DNA of 32,000 bases from an uncultured Actinomycetes bacterium. GTDB taxonomy: Bacteria > Actinomycetota > Actinomycetes > S36-B12 > CAIYMF01. The notes beneath the pieces were generated by a model. It worked only from the letters and a program-made list of their open reading frames with translations. It did no database searches and was not told the DNA's origin. The stretch lies in NCBI GenBank assembly GCA_963843975.1, contig CAWJMG010000003.1, positions 2,070,001-2,102,000 on the forward strand, read 5' to 3'. Below, piece after piece: positions 24,198 through 32,000 of the stretch. A program made the translations under genes and the position numbers. How positions within the stretch are numbered: the stretch's first letter is position 1; each line of letters begins with the position of its first letter.

Positions 24198-25112
24198 TCA
24201 GGCGACGTCGTCGAGCACCAGCGCGGCGGCGCCGGCCACCCCGGCGGTCGTGCCGAGCATGGGCAGGGTGACCCGGCACCGCTCCACGAAGTCGTAGCCG
24301 GCGTGCTCGTGGAACGACGCGCGCAGCGGGTCCCAGAACACGTGCCCCGCCTGGGAGATGCCACCGCCGACGACGGCGACGTCGAGGTCGAGCAGCGCGG
24401 CCGACGACGCGATCGCCTGGCCCACCGCACGTCCCGCCCGGTCGAACGCAGCGATGCAGGCGGCATCGCCCTGCCGCGCGCCCTGGGCCACGGCCACGCC
24501 CGTCTGCTCGCCCTGCCACCCGAGGCTCACGGCGTACGCCGCGAGCGCCGGCCCGCGGGCGATCGGCTCGAGGCAGCCGCGCGCGCCGCAGCGGCACATC
24601 TCTCCGTCGGGCGCGACGATCGTGTGGCCGAGGTGCCCGGCGTTGCCGGTCTTGCCGTCGATGCGGCGCCCGCCGAGGACGAGGCCCGCGCCGACGCCGG
24701 TCGAGACCACCATCCCGAGCACGTGCCCGTGCCCGCGTCCGGCGCCCCAACGGTGCTCGGCGACGGCGAGGGCGACGGCGTCGTTGTGGATGGCGATCGG
24801 GCGGTCTCCCGCGTACCGCTCACGGACGCGCTCGAGCAGCGGGAAGCCGCGCCAGGCCGCCATGTTGCCGGGAGAGACGACACCGGACGGCCACTCCATC
24901 GGGCCGCCGCAGCCGACGCCGACGGCCTCGTAGCCGTCGCCCTCCTCCGCGATCACGCGGTCGAGAACGGCGCAGACCGTCTCCCAGACCGCCTCTGCGT
25001 CGACAGATTGCGGTGTGTCCTCGCGGACGTAGCCCACGACCTCGCCGTCGCGCCGGACGAGCCCGGCGGCCGTCTTCGTGCCGCCGACGTCGAGCCCGAG
25101 CACGAGAGTCAC
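24198..25112 (-). CDS. ROK-family sugar kinase (no N-terminal HTH).
   Basis: VTLVLGLDVGGTKTAAG (ATP-binding motif), …NDAVALAVAEHRWGAG…, and the zinc motif GHLGHTIVAPDGEMCRCGARGCLE. GTG 25112 overlaps the FIST stop (GTGA). Confidence 0.85.
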   Translation of the reverse strand: MTLVLGLDVGGTKTAAGLVRRDGEVVGYVREDTPQSVDAEAVWETVCAVLDRVIAEEGDGYEAVGVGCGGPMEWPSGVVSPGNMAAWRGFPLLERVRERYAGDRPIAIHNDAVALAVAEHRWGAGRGHGHVLGMVVSTGVGAGLVLGGRRIDGKTGNAGHLGHTIVAPDGEMCRCGARGCLEPIARGPALAAYAVSLGWQGEQTGVAVAQGARQGDAACIAAFDRAGRAVGQAIASSAALLDLDVAVVGGGISQAGHVFWDPLRASFHEHAGYDFVERCRVTLPMLGTTAGVAGAAALVLDDVA

Positions 25113-26305
25113 CGCAACGCGTCCTCGAAGGCCAGCACCGTGGCCGAGACGCCGTGCACGTGGTTGCGGCCGCCGACGGGGCCGATCTCGCCGGCGGCGA
25201 AGAAGCCGCCGACGTGCTCGACGCCGAGGGCGCCGCGCACGGCCGCGACGTCGTGCTCCGGCGAGGCGAAGAGATCGCGGCCGCGGCCGTCGCCGGTGAA
25301 GAGAAGCGCACCCGCGAGCCGGTCGAATCCGACGTCGCGCCGCAGGGACACGAGCCCCTCGACGAGGTCCTCGTGCGCCGACGACGCGTCGCGCAGGAGG
25401 AACTGCACGGTCGCCCCGACGGGAACGACGTCGCCCACGGAGATGGAGCCGTCGAGGTCGTCGGCCGCCACGATGCCGCGTGCGACGAAGTCGCCGTGGC
25501 CGTGCTCGTACACGTACTCGTCCATCGCGACCCCGAGGTGCAGGCCGTGCACAGCCAGGTCGCGCGAGTCCTCGGGCAGCTCGGAGATCGCGACCTTCGC
25601 CTGCATCAGCGGCGACTGACCCGCGAGCGCCGTGATGCGGCTGCCCTCCGACGCGGTCACGGTCATCGGTCGGCCGATCGGGCGGCAGCCCTGGGAGACG
25701 ACCGTCCGTACGGCGACGTCTCCCCCGAGCACGACGCCGACGGCGCCGCGGTCGACCACGCGGCCGTCCACGAGCAGGCGCGTTCCCTGCGCCTCCGCAG
25801 CGCCCGACGCCAGGCCGCCGACGAGCGGCAGACCTCGGAGCACGTCGTACGACTGGCCGACGAATCCGTCCACGGGGAACGACCACGGGTCGGCGAGCAG
25901 GACACCGACGGCGTCGTCGACACGGCGCTCGGGCATGCCGACGACGGCGATGGCCTCGGACGTGCGCAGCACCTCGAGGTGGAACGAGCGGAGGGCCACC
26001 CCCGGCAGGCGAGCCGCCCAGACGCTGACGGCGGGGTCGCCCTCGACCGCGCGGCCGGCGCCGATGACGCCGTGGGCGGAGCAGCCGAGCACCGTCGCGG
26101 CGTCGATGCGGTCGGACGCCGCGAGCAGTGCTGCCTCGGTCTGCTCCGGGGACCCGCCGGCCACCCACACGAGGGCGAGGTCGGGAGCGGGCCCCGGCCC
26201 GAGCTGCAGGAGCGCAGCATCGGCCGCCCGGCGCGCGGTCTCGACGAGGTCGCTGCCCATCGCCAGGCCGTCACCGGTGCGCGTGGTCACGGCCAGGGAG
26301 GTCAC
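25109..26305 (-). CDS. FIST-domain (FIST_N + FIST_C) putative sensory protein.
   Basis: …DLALVWVAGGSPEQTEAALLA…VLGCSAHGVIGAG…VSVWAARLPG… then …GALLFTGDGRGRDLF…EHDVAAVRGALG…VGGFFAAGEIGPVGGRNHVHGVSATVLAF, a typical FIST_C ending. The start is uncertain: GTG 26305 (AGGA 7 nt upstream), GTG 26311 or TTG 26344. Confidence 0.75.
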   Translation of the reverse strand: MTSLAVTTRTGDGLAMGSDLVETARRAADAALLQLGPGPAPDLALVWVAGGSPEQTEAALLAASDRIDAATVLGCSAHGVIGAGRAVEGDPAVSVWAARLPGVALRSFHLEVLRTSEAIAVVGMPERRVDDAVGVLLADPWSFPVDGFVGQSYDVLRGLPLVGGLASGAAEAQGTRLLVDGRVVDRGAVGVVLGGDVAVRTVVSQGCRPIGRPMTVTASEGSRITALAGQSPLMQAKVAISELPEDSRDLAVHGLHLGVAMDEYVYEHGHGDFVARGIVAADDLDGSISVGDVVPVGATVQFLLRDASSAHEDLVEGLVSLRRDVGFDRLAGALLFTGDGRGRDLFASPEHDVAAVRGALGVEHVGGFFAAGEIGPVGGRNHVHGVSATVLAFEDALR

Positions 26306-26503
26306 CCGCACATCCTGGCCCACTGCAGCCTCGCCGTTCAGCAAACGTCACCCGTCCGTGCACCACCCGTTCCGGTGACTCCGCTGCAACGCCCGCCGGG
26401 GTCGCTCAGCGGACGCCCGCCGTGGCCTATTCCCATGATCGCTGCGCGGACGGCGTACGACCGACCTGGTGCGCTCGCGGGTGGGGCGACGTACGGTCAG
26501 GAG

Positions 26504-27931
26504 GTGACCGAGCTGCGCGTCCCCGACGCTCCCGCCGACCTCCCCCGCACCCTCGGCGCCCTGCGGGCGTCCGGGCACGAGCACCTCACTGTGAAGGCGG
26601 AGCTGCGCACCAACCTGGTGGCCTGCCTGGTCGCCGGCGAGGACCCGTTCCCGGGTGTCGTCGGCATCGAGGACACCGTGCGCCCGCAGCTCGAGCGCGC
26701 GATCCTCGCCGGCCACGACCTCGTGCTCCTCGGCGAGCGCGGCCAGGGCAAGACGCGCCTGCTGCGCACCCTCGTCGGCCTGCTCGACGAGTGGACGCCG
26801 GTGCTCGAGGGCAGCGAGCTCAACGAGCACCCGTACGACCCGGTCTCGGTCTGGGCCAAGCGCCAGGTGGCCACGCACGGCGACGCGACCGCCGTCGGCT
26901 GGCTGCACCGCTCGGCCCGCTACGGCGAGAAGCTGGCGACCCCCGACACCAGCGTCGGCGACCTCATCGGCGACGTCGACCCGGTGAAGGTGGCCGAGGG
27001 CCGCACCCTGGGCGACCCGGAGACGGTTCACTACGGCCTCGTGCCGCGGACGAACCGCGGCATCTTCGCCATCAACGAGCTCCCCGACCTTGCCGAGCGC
27101 ATCCAGGTGTCGCTGCTCAACGTGCTCGAGGAGCGCGACATCCAGGTGCGCGGCTACGCGCTGCGCCTCCCCCTCGACCTCATGCTCGTCGCGAGCGCGA
27201 ACCCCGAGGACTACACCAACCGCGGCCGCATCATCACGCCGCTCAAGGACCGCTTCGGCGCCGAGATCCGCACGCACTACCCGCTGCGCCTCGCCGACGA
27301 GATCTCGCTCGTGCGCCAGGAGGCCGACCTCCAGGCCCAGGTGCCGCACCACCTGCTCGAGGTGGTCTCGCGCTTCACGCGGCTCGTCCGCGAGTCGACG
27401 GCCGTCGACCAGCGCTCCGGCGTGTCGGCGCGCTTCTCGGTCGCGGCGGCCGAGTCGCTCGCGGCGAGCGCCCTTCGACGGGCCGCCATCACCGGTGAGG
27501 CGCTCGGCGTCGCCCGGGTCGGCGACCTCCCGGCCGTCGTGCCGACGCTGCGCGGCAAGGTCGAGTTCGAGGTGAGCGAGGAGGGTCGCGAGGAGGAGGT
27601 GCTGCAGCACCTGCTCAAGCGCGCCGTGGCCGAGACCTTCCGGGCCCGCCTCGGTGGCGTCGACCTGACCGCGCTCATCACCCGCTTCGACGAGGGCACC
27701 TCGATCGAGGTGGGCGACCTCATCACGAGCGAGGAGATCCTGCGCCGCGTCGGGCCGGTCGACGGGCTCGGGCGCATCGTGTCCGCGCTCGAGGGCGAGG
27801 AGGCCGGCGGCGAGTCGCCGGGCATCGTCGCGTCGTGCCTCGAGACCGTGCTCGAGGGGCTCTACCTCACCCGCCGCATCTCCAAGGACGAGGTGCCCGG
27901 CGGCGGCCGCGCCGTCTACGGCGGTGCGTGA
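26504..27931 (+). CDS. ChlI/BchI-like AAA+ ATPase (often auto-annotated as a sigma-54-interacting or Mg-chelatase subunit).
   Basis: Walker A LLGERGQGKTRLLR. Walker B-like GIFAINELPDL. ChlI-type sensor/Arg-finger region ASANPEDYTNRGRIITPLKDRFG. The start is uncertain: GTG 26504 directly abuts GGAGG, and ATG 26435 is the alternative. Upstream of about 26435 the 972-aa track ORF is antisense shadow. Confidence 0.85.
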   Translation: MTELRVPDAPADLPRTLGALRASGHEHLTVKAELRTNLVACLVAGEDPFPGVVGIEDTVRPQLERAILAGHDLVLLGERGQGKTRLLRTLVGLLDEWTPVLEGSELNEHPYDPVSVWAKRQVATHGDATAVGWLHRSARYGEKLATPDTSVGDLIGDVDPVKVAEGRTLGDPETVHYGLVPRTNRGIFAINELPDLAERIQVSLLNVLEERDIQVRGYALRLPLDLMLVASANPEDYTNRGRIITPLKDRFGAEIRTHYPLRLADEISLVRQEADLQAQVPHHLLEVVSRFTRLVRESTAVDQRSGVSARFSVAAAESLAASALRRAAITGEALGVARVGDLPAVVPTLRGKVEFEVSEEGREEEVLQHLLKRAVAETFRARLGGVDLTALITRFDEGTSIEVGDLITSEEILRRVGPVDGLGRIVSALEGEEAGGESPGIVASCLETVLEGLYLTRRISKDEVPGGGRAVYGGA

Positions 27932-27938
27932 GCCGGTG

Positions 27939-28436
27939 TCAGCCCTCGATGCGCTCGACCGTCACCGCGGTGCCGTACGCCGCGACCTCGTTCATGAGGT
28001 CGGCGATCTCGCCGGTGTCGAAGCGCATGGCCAGCACTGCGTTGCCGCCGACCTGGTGCGCGGCGTAGCGCATCCGCTCGACTGCCTCGAGGCGGCTGTC
28101 GGACAGCAGCTTGGTGTAGCCCTTGGCCTCGCCGCCGAACACCGTGCGGAAGCCCGCGCCCATGTTGGAGAACATGTTGCGCGCGCGGACCGTGATGCCG
28201 AAGACCTCGCCGTGCACCGCGGTCACGCGGTAGCCGGGCAGGTCCGGCGTGGTCACGACCAGGATCGGCGGCCCGATGTAGCGCGCGGGCAGGGCGCCCA
28301 CCTCGCCGTCCGCCTGCTGGGAGATCGACGGCTGCACGCGGTCGGTCCAGCTCGCGCCGTCCCACCAGCGCAGCTGGGTGGAGTTTTCGGGGTTCGGGTA
28401 CCAGCCCTCCGGGGGCAGTCCGCTCGCGTCGTTCAT
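27939..28436 (-). CDS. DUF2510 N-terminal module fused to a YbjQ/UPF0145 (annotated as heavy-metal-binding) domain.
   Basis: GWYPNPENSTQLRWWDGASWTDRV is the DUF2510 signature. …PGYRVTAVHGEVFGITVRARNMFSNMGAGFRTVFGGEAKGYTKLLSDSRLEAVERMRYAAHQVGGNAVLAMRFD is the YbjQ signature. Confidence 0.85.
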   Translation of the reverse strand: MNDASGLPPEGWYPNPENSTQLRWWDGASWTDRVQPSISQQADGEVGALPARYIGPPILVVTTPDLPGYRVTAVHGEVFGITVRARNMFSNMGAGFRTVFGGEAKGYTKLLSDSRLEAVERMRYAAHQVGGNAVLAMRFDTGEIADLMNEVAAYGTAVTVERIEG

Positions 28437-28492
28437 GCCGCCACCGTACGACGCCGGCCCGGCGTTGGCTCGGGTCGAGAGGTGACCTTGAC

Positions 28493-30454
28493 ATGAACCG
28501 CTACCGCTACGGCGCGTACGACGACGGGCCCGACCCCCTGGCCGCGCCGTACGACGCCGGTCGCGCGGTCGACGAGCTCGGCGACCGCGTGCTCGACGGC
28601 CTCGGCGTGCGTGACGCCGTGCGCGACCTGCTGCAGCGCGGCGCCGACGGCGTCCGCGGCCTCGACGACCTCATGCGCACGGTGCAGCAGCGGCGTCGCT
28701 CGCTCGAGCGCTCGGGCCGCATGGACGGGATGCTCGAGAAGGCCGCCGAGATGCTCGACCAGGCCGTGGAGCAGGAGCGCTCGGCGCTGTTCCCCGACCC
28801 GTCGGACGACGCGCGCTTCCGCGAGGCTCAGCTCGACAACCTGCCGTCGTCGACCTCGCGCGCGGTGCGCGAGCTGTCGGAGTACGACTGGCGCTCGCCC
28901 GAGGCGCGGCAGACGTTCGAGGACCTCAAGGACATGCTGCGCCGGGACGTGCTCGACCAGCAGTTCCGCGGGATGAAGCAGGCCCTGCAGGACCCGGCCG
29001 GCTCGGAGTCGCGCGAGCGGCTGAAGAACATGATGGCCGACCTCAACCAGATGCTCGAGAAGCACGCGCGCGGCGAGGACACCGAGCAGGACTTCGCCGA
29101 CTTCATGGACAAGCACGGCGAGTTCTTCCCCGAGAACCCCGAGAACATCGAGCAGCTGCTCGACCAGCTCGCGCGCCAGGCAGCGGCGATGCAGCGGATG
29201 CTCGAGTCGATGACGCCCGAGCAGCGCGAGGAGCTCGCCGAGCTCATGGCCGACGCGCTCGGCGACATGGACCTCGCCTCGGAGATGGGTCGGCTCACCG
29301 ACAACCTTCGAGCGATGCGCCCGGACCTCCCGTGGAGCGGGCGTCAGCGGCTGCGCGGCGACGAGCAGCTCGGGCTCGGTGACGCCACCGAGGCGCTCGC
29401 CGACCTCGCCGACCTCGACGCGCTGTCGGAGGCCCTCGGCCAGGACTACGCAGGGGCCTCGCTCGAGGACGTCGACGAGGAGGCGGTCGCGCGCGCCCTC
29501 GGACGTCAGGCGGTCGACGACCTCAAGCGGCTGCAGGAGATCGAGCGCGAGCTCGAGCGCCAGGGCTACCTCACGCGCAAGGGCGGCGAGATCGAGCTGA
29601 CCGCCAAGGCGATCCGACGTATAGGCCAGACGGCGCTCCGCCGGGTCTTCGCCTCGCTCGAGTCAGGCGGTCGCGGCGACCACGACGTGCACGACGCCGG
29701 TGCCGCGGGCGAGCTCACGGGGACGACGCGCGAGTGGCGCTTCGGCGACGAGCAGCCGCTGGACGTCGTGAAGACCGTGTCGAACGCCGTCCGCCGTCGC
29801 ATGGTCGACAGCGACGGCCCCCTGCTGCGGCCCGAGGACTTCGAGATCCGCGAGACCGAGCGGCGCACCCGTGCGGCCGTCGTTCTCCTGGTCGACCAGT
29901 CGTTCTCGATGGTCATGAACGACACGTGGCGTACGGCGAAGACCACGGCGATGGCGCTGCACGCGCTGGCGACGACGCAGTTCCCGCTCGACGCCGTCGA
30001 GATCATCGCGTTCGCCAACCTCGCGCGACGCATCTCGCCGCACGAGCTGCCCGACCTCGACGCGAACGAGGTGCAGGGCACCAACCTGCAGCACGCGCTC
30101 ATGCTCGCCGGCCGATTCCTCGACAAGCATCCGGACGCCGAGCCCGTCGTGCTCGTGGTGACCGACGGCGAGCCGACCGCGCACCTCGATCGCGACGGGG
30201 AGTGGTGGTTCCAGTGGCCGCCGGGGCCGGAGACGATCGAGCTCACGCTCGCCGAGGTCGACAAGATGACCCGCCGCGGCGTGCCGCTGTCGTTCTTCCG
30301 CCTCGGCGACGAGCCGCGCCTCGCGCAGTTCCTCGACGACATCGCGCGCCGCAACGGCGGCCGCGTGCTCGCCCCCGAGGGCGATCGCCTCGGCGACTAC
30401 GTGGTGAGCGACTACCTCAAGCGCCGCAGCGGCACCCGCCGTCGCTCCGCCTGA
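28493..30454 (+). CDS. VWA-domain protein with a long acidic helical N-terminal region (about 430 aa).
   Basis: C-terminal VWA domain with MIDAS motif VVLLVDQSFSM, then …VVLVVTDGEPTAH… The N-terminus is rich in D/E/R/L heptad-like sequence. ATG with GAGAGGTG upstream. Confidence 0.85.
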   Translation: MNRYRYGAYDDGPDPLAAPYDAGRAVDELGDRVLDGLGVRDAVRDLLQRGADGVRGLDDLMRTVQQRRRSLERSGRMDGMLEKAAEMLDQAVEQERSALFPDPSDDARFREAQLDNLPSSTSRAVRELSEYDWRSPEARQTFEDLKDMLRRDVLDQQFRGMKQALQDPAGSESRERLKNMMADLNQMLEKHARGEDTEQDFADFMDKHGEFFPENPENIEQLLDQLARQAAAMQRMLESMTPEQREELAELMADALGDMDLASEMGRLTDNLRAMRPDLPWSGRQRLRGDEQLGLGDATEALADLADLDALSEALGQDYAGASLEDVDEEAVARALGRQAVDDLKRLQEIERELERQGYLTRKGGEIELTAKAIRRIGQTALRRVFASLESGGRGDHDVHDAGAAGELTGTTREWRFGDEQPLDVVKTVSNAVRRRMVDSDGPLLRPEDFEIRETERRTRAAVVLLVDQSFSMVMNDTWRTAKTTAMALHALATTQFPLDAVEIIAFANLARRISPHELPDLDANEVQGTNLQHALMLAGRFLDKHPDAEPVVLVVTDGEPTAHLDRDGEWWFQWPPGPETIELTLAEVDKMTRRGVPLSFFRLGDEPRLAQFLDDIARRNGGRVLAPEGDRLGDYVVSDYLKRRSGTRRRSA

Positions 30455-30459
30455 CCCCT

Positions 30460-30526
30460 CCCGCTCACACTGATCAATCCGTCGCTTCCCGGCTCCGGAG
30501 ACAACGGATTGGTCAGTGTGAGCGGG
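30460..30526. repeat. Long inverted repeat with 23-bp arms (22/23 complementary) and a 21-nt spacer, immediately after the VWA stop and upstream of the MFS gene.
   Basis: Left arm CCCGCTCACACTGATCAATCCGT (30460..30482). Right arm ACGGATTGGTCAGTGTGAGCGGG (30504..30526). The single mismatch is a G-U wobble on the plus-strand RNA. The spacer contains the palindrome CTCCGGAG. Confidence 0.6.
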
Positions 30527-30600
30527 TGGGTGGGGCAGCGTGCGGCGACAGCCACGGGTGAGAGGATGCGCGACGTGCCTGGCGACTGCGTGACCGAGCG

Positions 30601-31920
30601 ATGAGCGACGGGCGCCGCTCCCCCTTTGCCGCCGCTCGCGCCCAGTGGGACTTCAAGGGTCTGCCGCGCGAGGTCGTCGTGCTCTCCGCCGTCGCGTTCT
30701 GCGTGGCGCTCGGGTTCGGCATCGTGGCACCGGCGATCCCGCTCTTCGCCCAGGAGTTCGACGTCACCGCGTTCTGGGCCAGCTCGGTGATCAGCGCGTT
30801 CGCGCTGATGCGGCTCATCGGTGCGCTGCCCGCAGGCTGGCTCGTCGACCGCGCCGGCGAGCGCATGACCCTGATCATCGGCCTCACCATCGTGGCCGCT
30901 TCCTCGGCCGTCGCCGGGCTGTCCACCACATTCGTCCAGCTGATCGTTCTGCGAGGGATCGGCGGGCTCGGCTCGGCCATGTTCACCGTGTCGGCGCTCG
31001 CGCTGCTGCTGCGCGTCGCAGCACCCGATCAGCGCGGACGTGCCGCCGCGGTGTTCCAGGGCGGCTTCCTGCTCGGCGGGATCGTGGGCCCGTTCTTCGG
31101 CGGACTCGTGCTCGGCATCTCCATCCGGCTGCCCTTCTTCGTGTACGCCGCGACCCTCGGCGCGGCGGTGGTCGTGGTGATCGTGACCTTGTCCCGCACC
31201 CACCTGCTCGACGCCCCGACTGCGGCAGCCACGGACGCGTCCGGCGGTGAGGAAGGGGCGAGGTGGAGGCAGCTACGCATCGCGCTGCGCGACCGCGCCT
31301 ACGTCACGGCGCTGTCGGTCAACCTCGGCAACGGCTTCGCGTCGTTCGGCCTCCGCAGTGCGATCGTGCCGCTGTTCGTCGTGAACGCGCTCGCCCTCCC
31401 GGCCGCGTGGGTGGGGTACGGCGCCTTCGTGTCGGCGCTGGTGCAGGCGCCGTTGCTGTTCATCGCCGGCCCCGCGACCGACACCCGCGGCCGGCGGTTC
31501 GCCCTGATGCTGGGCACCGGCCTCACGGCCGTGGCGTTCGTCGTGCTCGCAGGACTCGAGACGCTGCCCGGCTTCCTGCTCGCCATGGCCGTCTTCGGCG
31601 CCGGCGCTGCCTTCCTCGGGTCCGGCCCCGCGGCCGTCGTCGGGGACATCACGGGCGGGCGCCGCGAGGGCCCGATCGTCGCGACGTTCCAGATGATGAG
31701 CGACCTCGGCGGCGTCGTCGGCCCGCTCCTCGCCGGCGCGATCGTGACGGCCACCGACTCCTACACGCTCGGATTCACGGTGGGCGCGGTAGTCCTGGCG
31801 ATCACGTTCGTCATGTCCGCGACGATGCCGGAGACCCTCGGCCGGGCGATGTCCCAGACTGCCACCGCACCGACGCTCGACCCCGCCACCGAGCCCGAGG
31901 CCCCACCGGCGTCGCCCTGA
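30601..31920 (+). CDS. MFS transporter.
   Basis: 439 aa with about 12 TM segments. The MFS loop 2-3 motif is LPAGWLVDRAGERMTLIIG. Typical duplicated 6+6 layout. Confidence 0.9.
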   Translation: MSDGRRSPFAAARAQWDFKGLPREVVVLSAVAFCVALGFGIVAPAIPLFAQEFDVTAFWASSVISAFALMRLIGALPAGWLVDRAGERMTLIIGLTIVAASSAVAGLSTTFVQLIVLRGIGGLGSAMFTVSALALLLRVAAPDQRGRAAAVFQGGFLLGGIVGPFFGGLVLGISIRLPFFVYAATLGAAVVVVIVTLSRTHLLDAPTAAATDASGGEEGARWRQLRIALRDRAYVTALSVNLGNGFASFGLRSAIVPLFVVNALALPAAWVGYGAFVSALVQAPLLFIAGPATDTRGRRFALMLGTGLTAVAFVVLAGLETLPGFLLAMAVFGAGAAFLGSGPAAVVGDITGGRREGPIVATFQMMSDLGGVVGPLLAGAIVTATDSYTLGFTVGAVVLAITFVMSATMPETLGRAMSQTATAPTLDPATEPEAPPASP

Positions 31921-32000
31921 TCCGCTCGGTGCGGGGTCCCGGGCCCAGCCCGCCCACGAGTCAACCGGAGCGACGCGGGCCGCATCCGCGCGGCAGACTG

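Noticed and set aside
25013-26434. N-terminal 470-aa extension of the AAA+ ATPase ORF (972-aa track ORF).
   Set aside because: It is antisense to the ROK and FIST genes, has Arg/Asp-rich composition and shows no ATPase-family similarity before about residue 475.
1-32000. Search for CRISPR arrays, IS elements/transposases, integrases, prophage or toxin-antitoxin/defence cassettes.
   Set aside because: No direct-repeat/spacer arrays, no recognisable transposase/integrase/recombinase motifs, no terminal inverted repeats flanking genes and no GC-skewed island were seen. The only sizeable repeat is the single inverted repeat at 30460..30526.

Overview
High-GC (by eye above 70%) actinobacterial chromosomal segment. 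Gene content and order (mca / DUF4307 / greA, SURF1 / DUF3817, arfB, ilvA) suggest Micrococcales-like core genome rather than an island. I support about 33 protein-coding genes on both strands. I found no rRNA, tRNA, CRISPR array, transposase, integrase or phage gene. Most long ORFs in the supplied track are antisense or out-of-frame shadows typical of high-GC DNA (Arg/Pro/Gly-rich); I chose frames by recognisable protein families, GC3 bias, RBS placement and stop/start overlaps. Left to right: a minus-strand operon (DinB/DUF664, B3/4-domain, ABM monooxygenase-like, thioredoxin-domain YyaL-like); LysE exporter; a membrane-anchored hypothetical divergent from an 888-898 aa LuxR/LAL regulator; APC permease plus class-III aminotransferase operon; EamA; lipoprotein; CTP-synthase-C-terminal-like amidotransferase; DUF3817; SURF1; ArfB; EcsC; a small membrane protein coupled to mca; DUF4307; greA; DrrAB-like ABC-2 exporter; DUF2089 plus SHOCT/Toastrack-like pair; ilvA; orphan P450; membrane hypothetical; ROK kinase coupled to a FIST protein; ChlI-like AAA+ ATPase; an opposite-strand DUF2510-YbjQ gene; VWA protein; MFS transporter. 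The strongest observation is that three genes (ABM, DinB, ilvA) each carry a +1 frameshift, and all three are the same event, GAGCTC to GAGCTTC. That points to a motif-specific process or a motif-specific sequencing artefact. Other items worth follow-up: the orphan chelatase-like AAA+/VWA pair split by an antisense YbjQ gene, a DUF2089/Toastrack/ABC envelope-stress-like cluster with a 12-bp-arm palindrome over a probable leaderless promoter, a FIST-ROK coupled pair, a 23-bp-arm inverted repeat after the VWA gene, and a compound hairpin in the ilvA leader. I see no clear-cut novel defence or mobile system. All functional calls come from by-eye motif recognition, without database searches.
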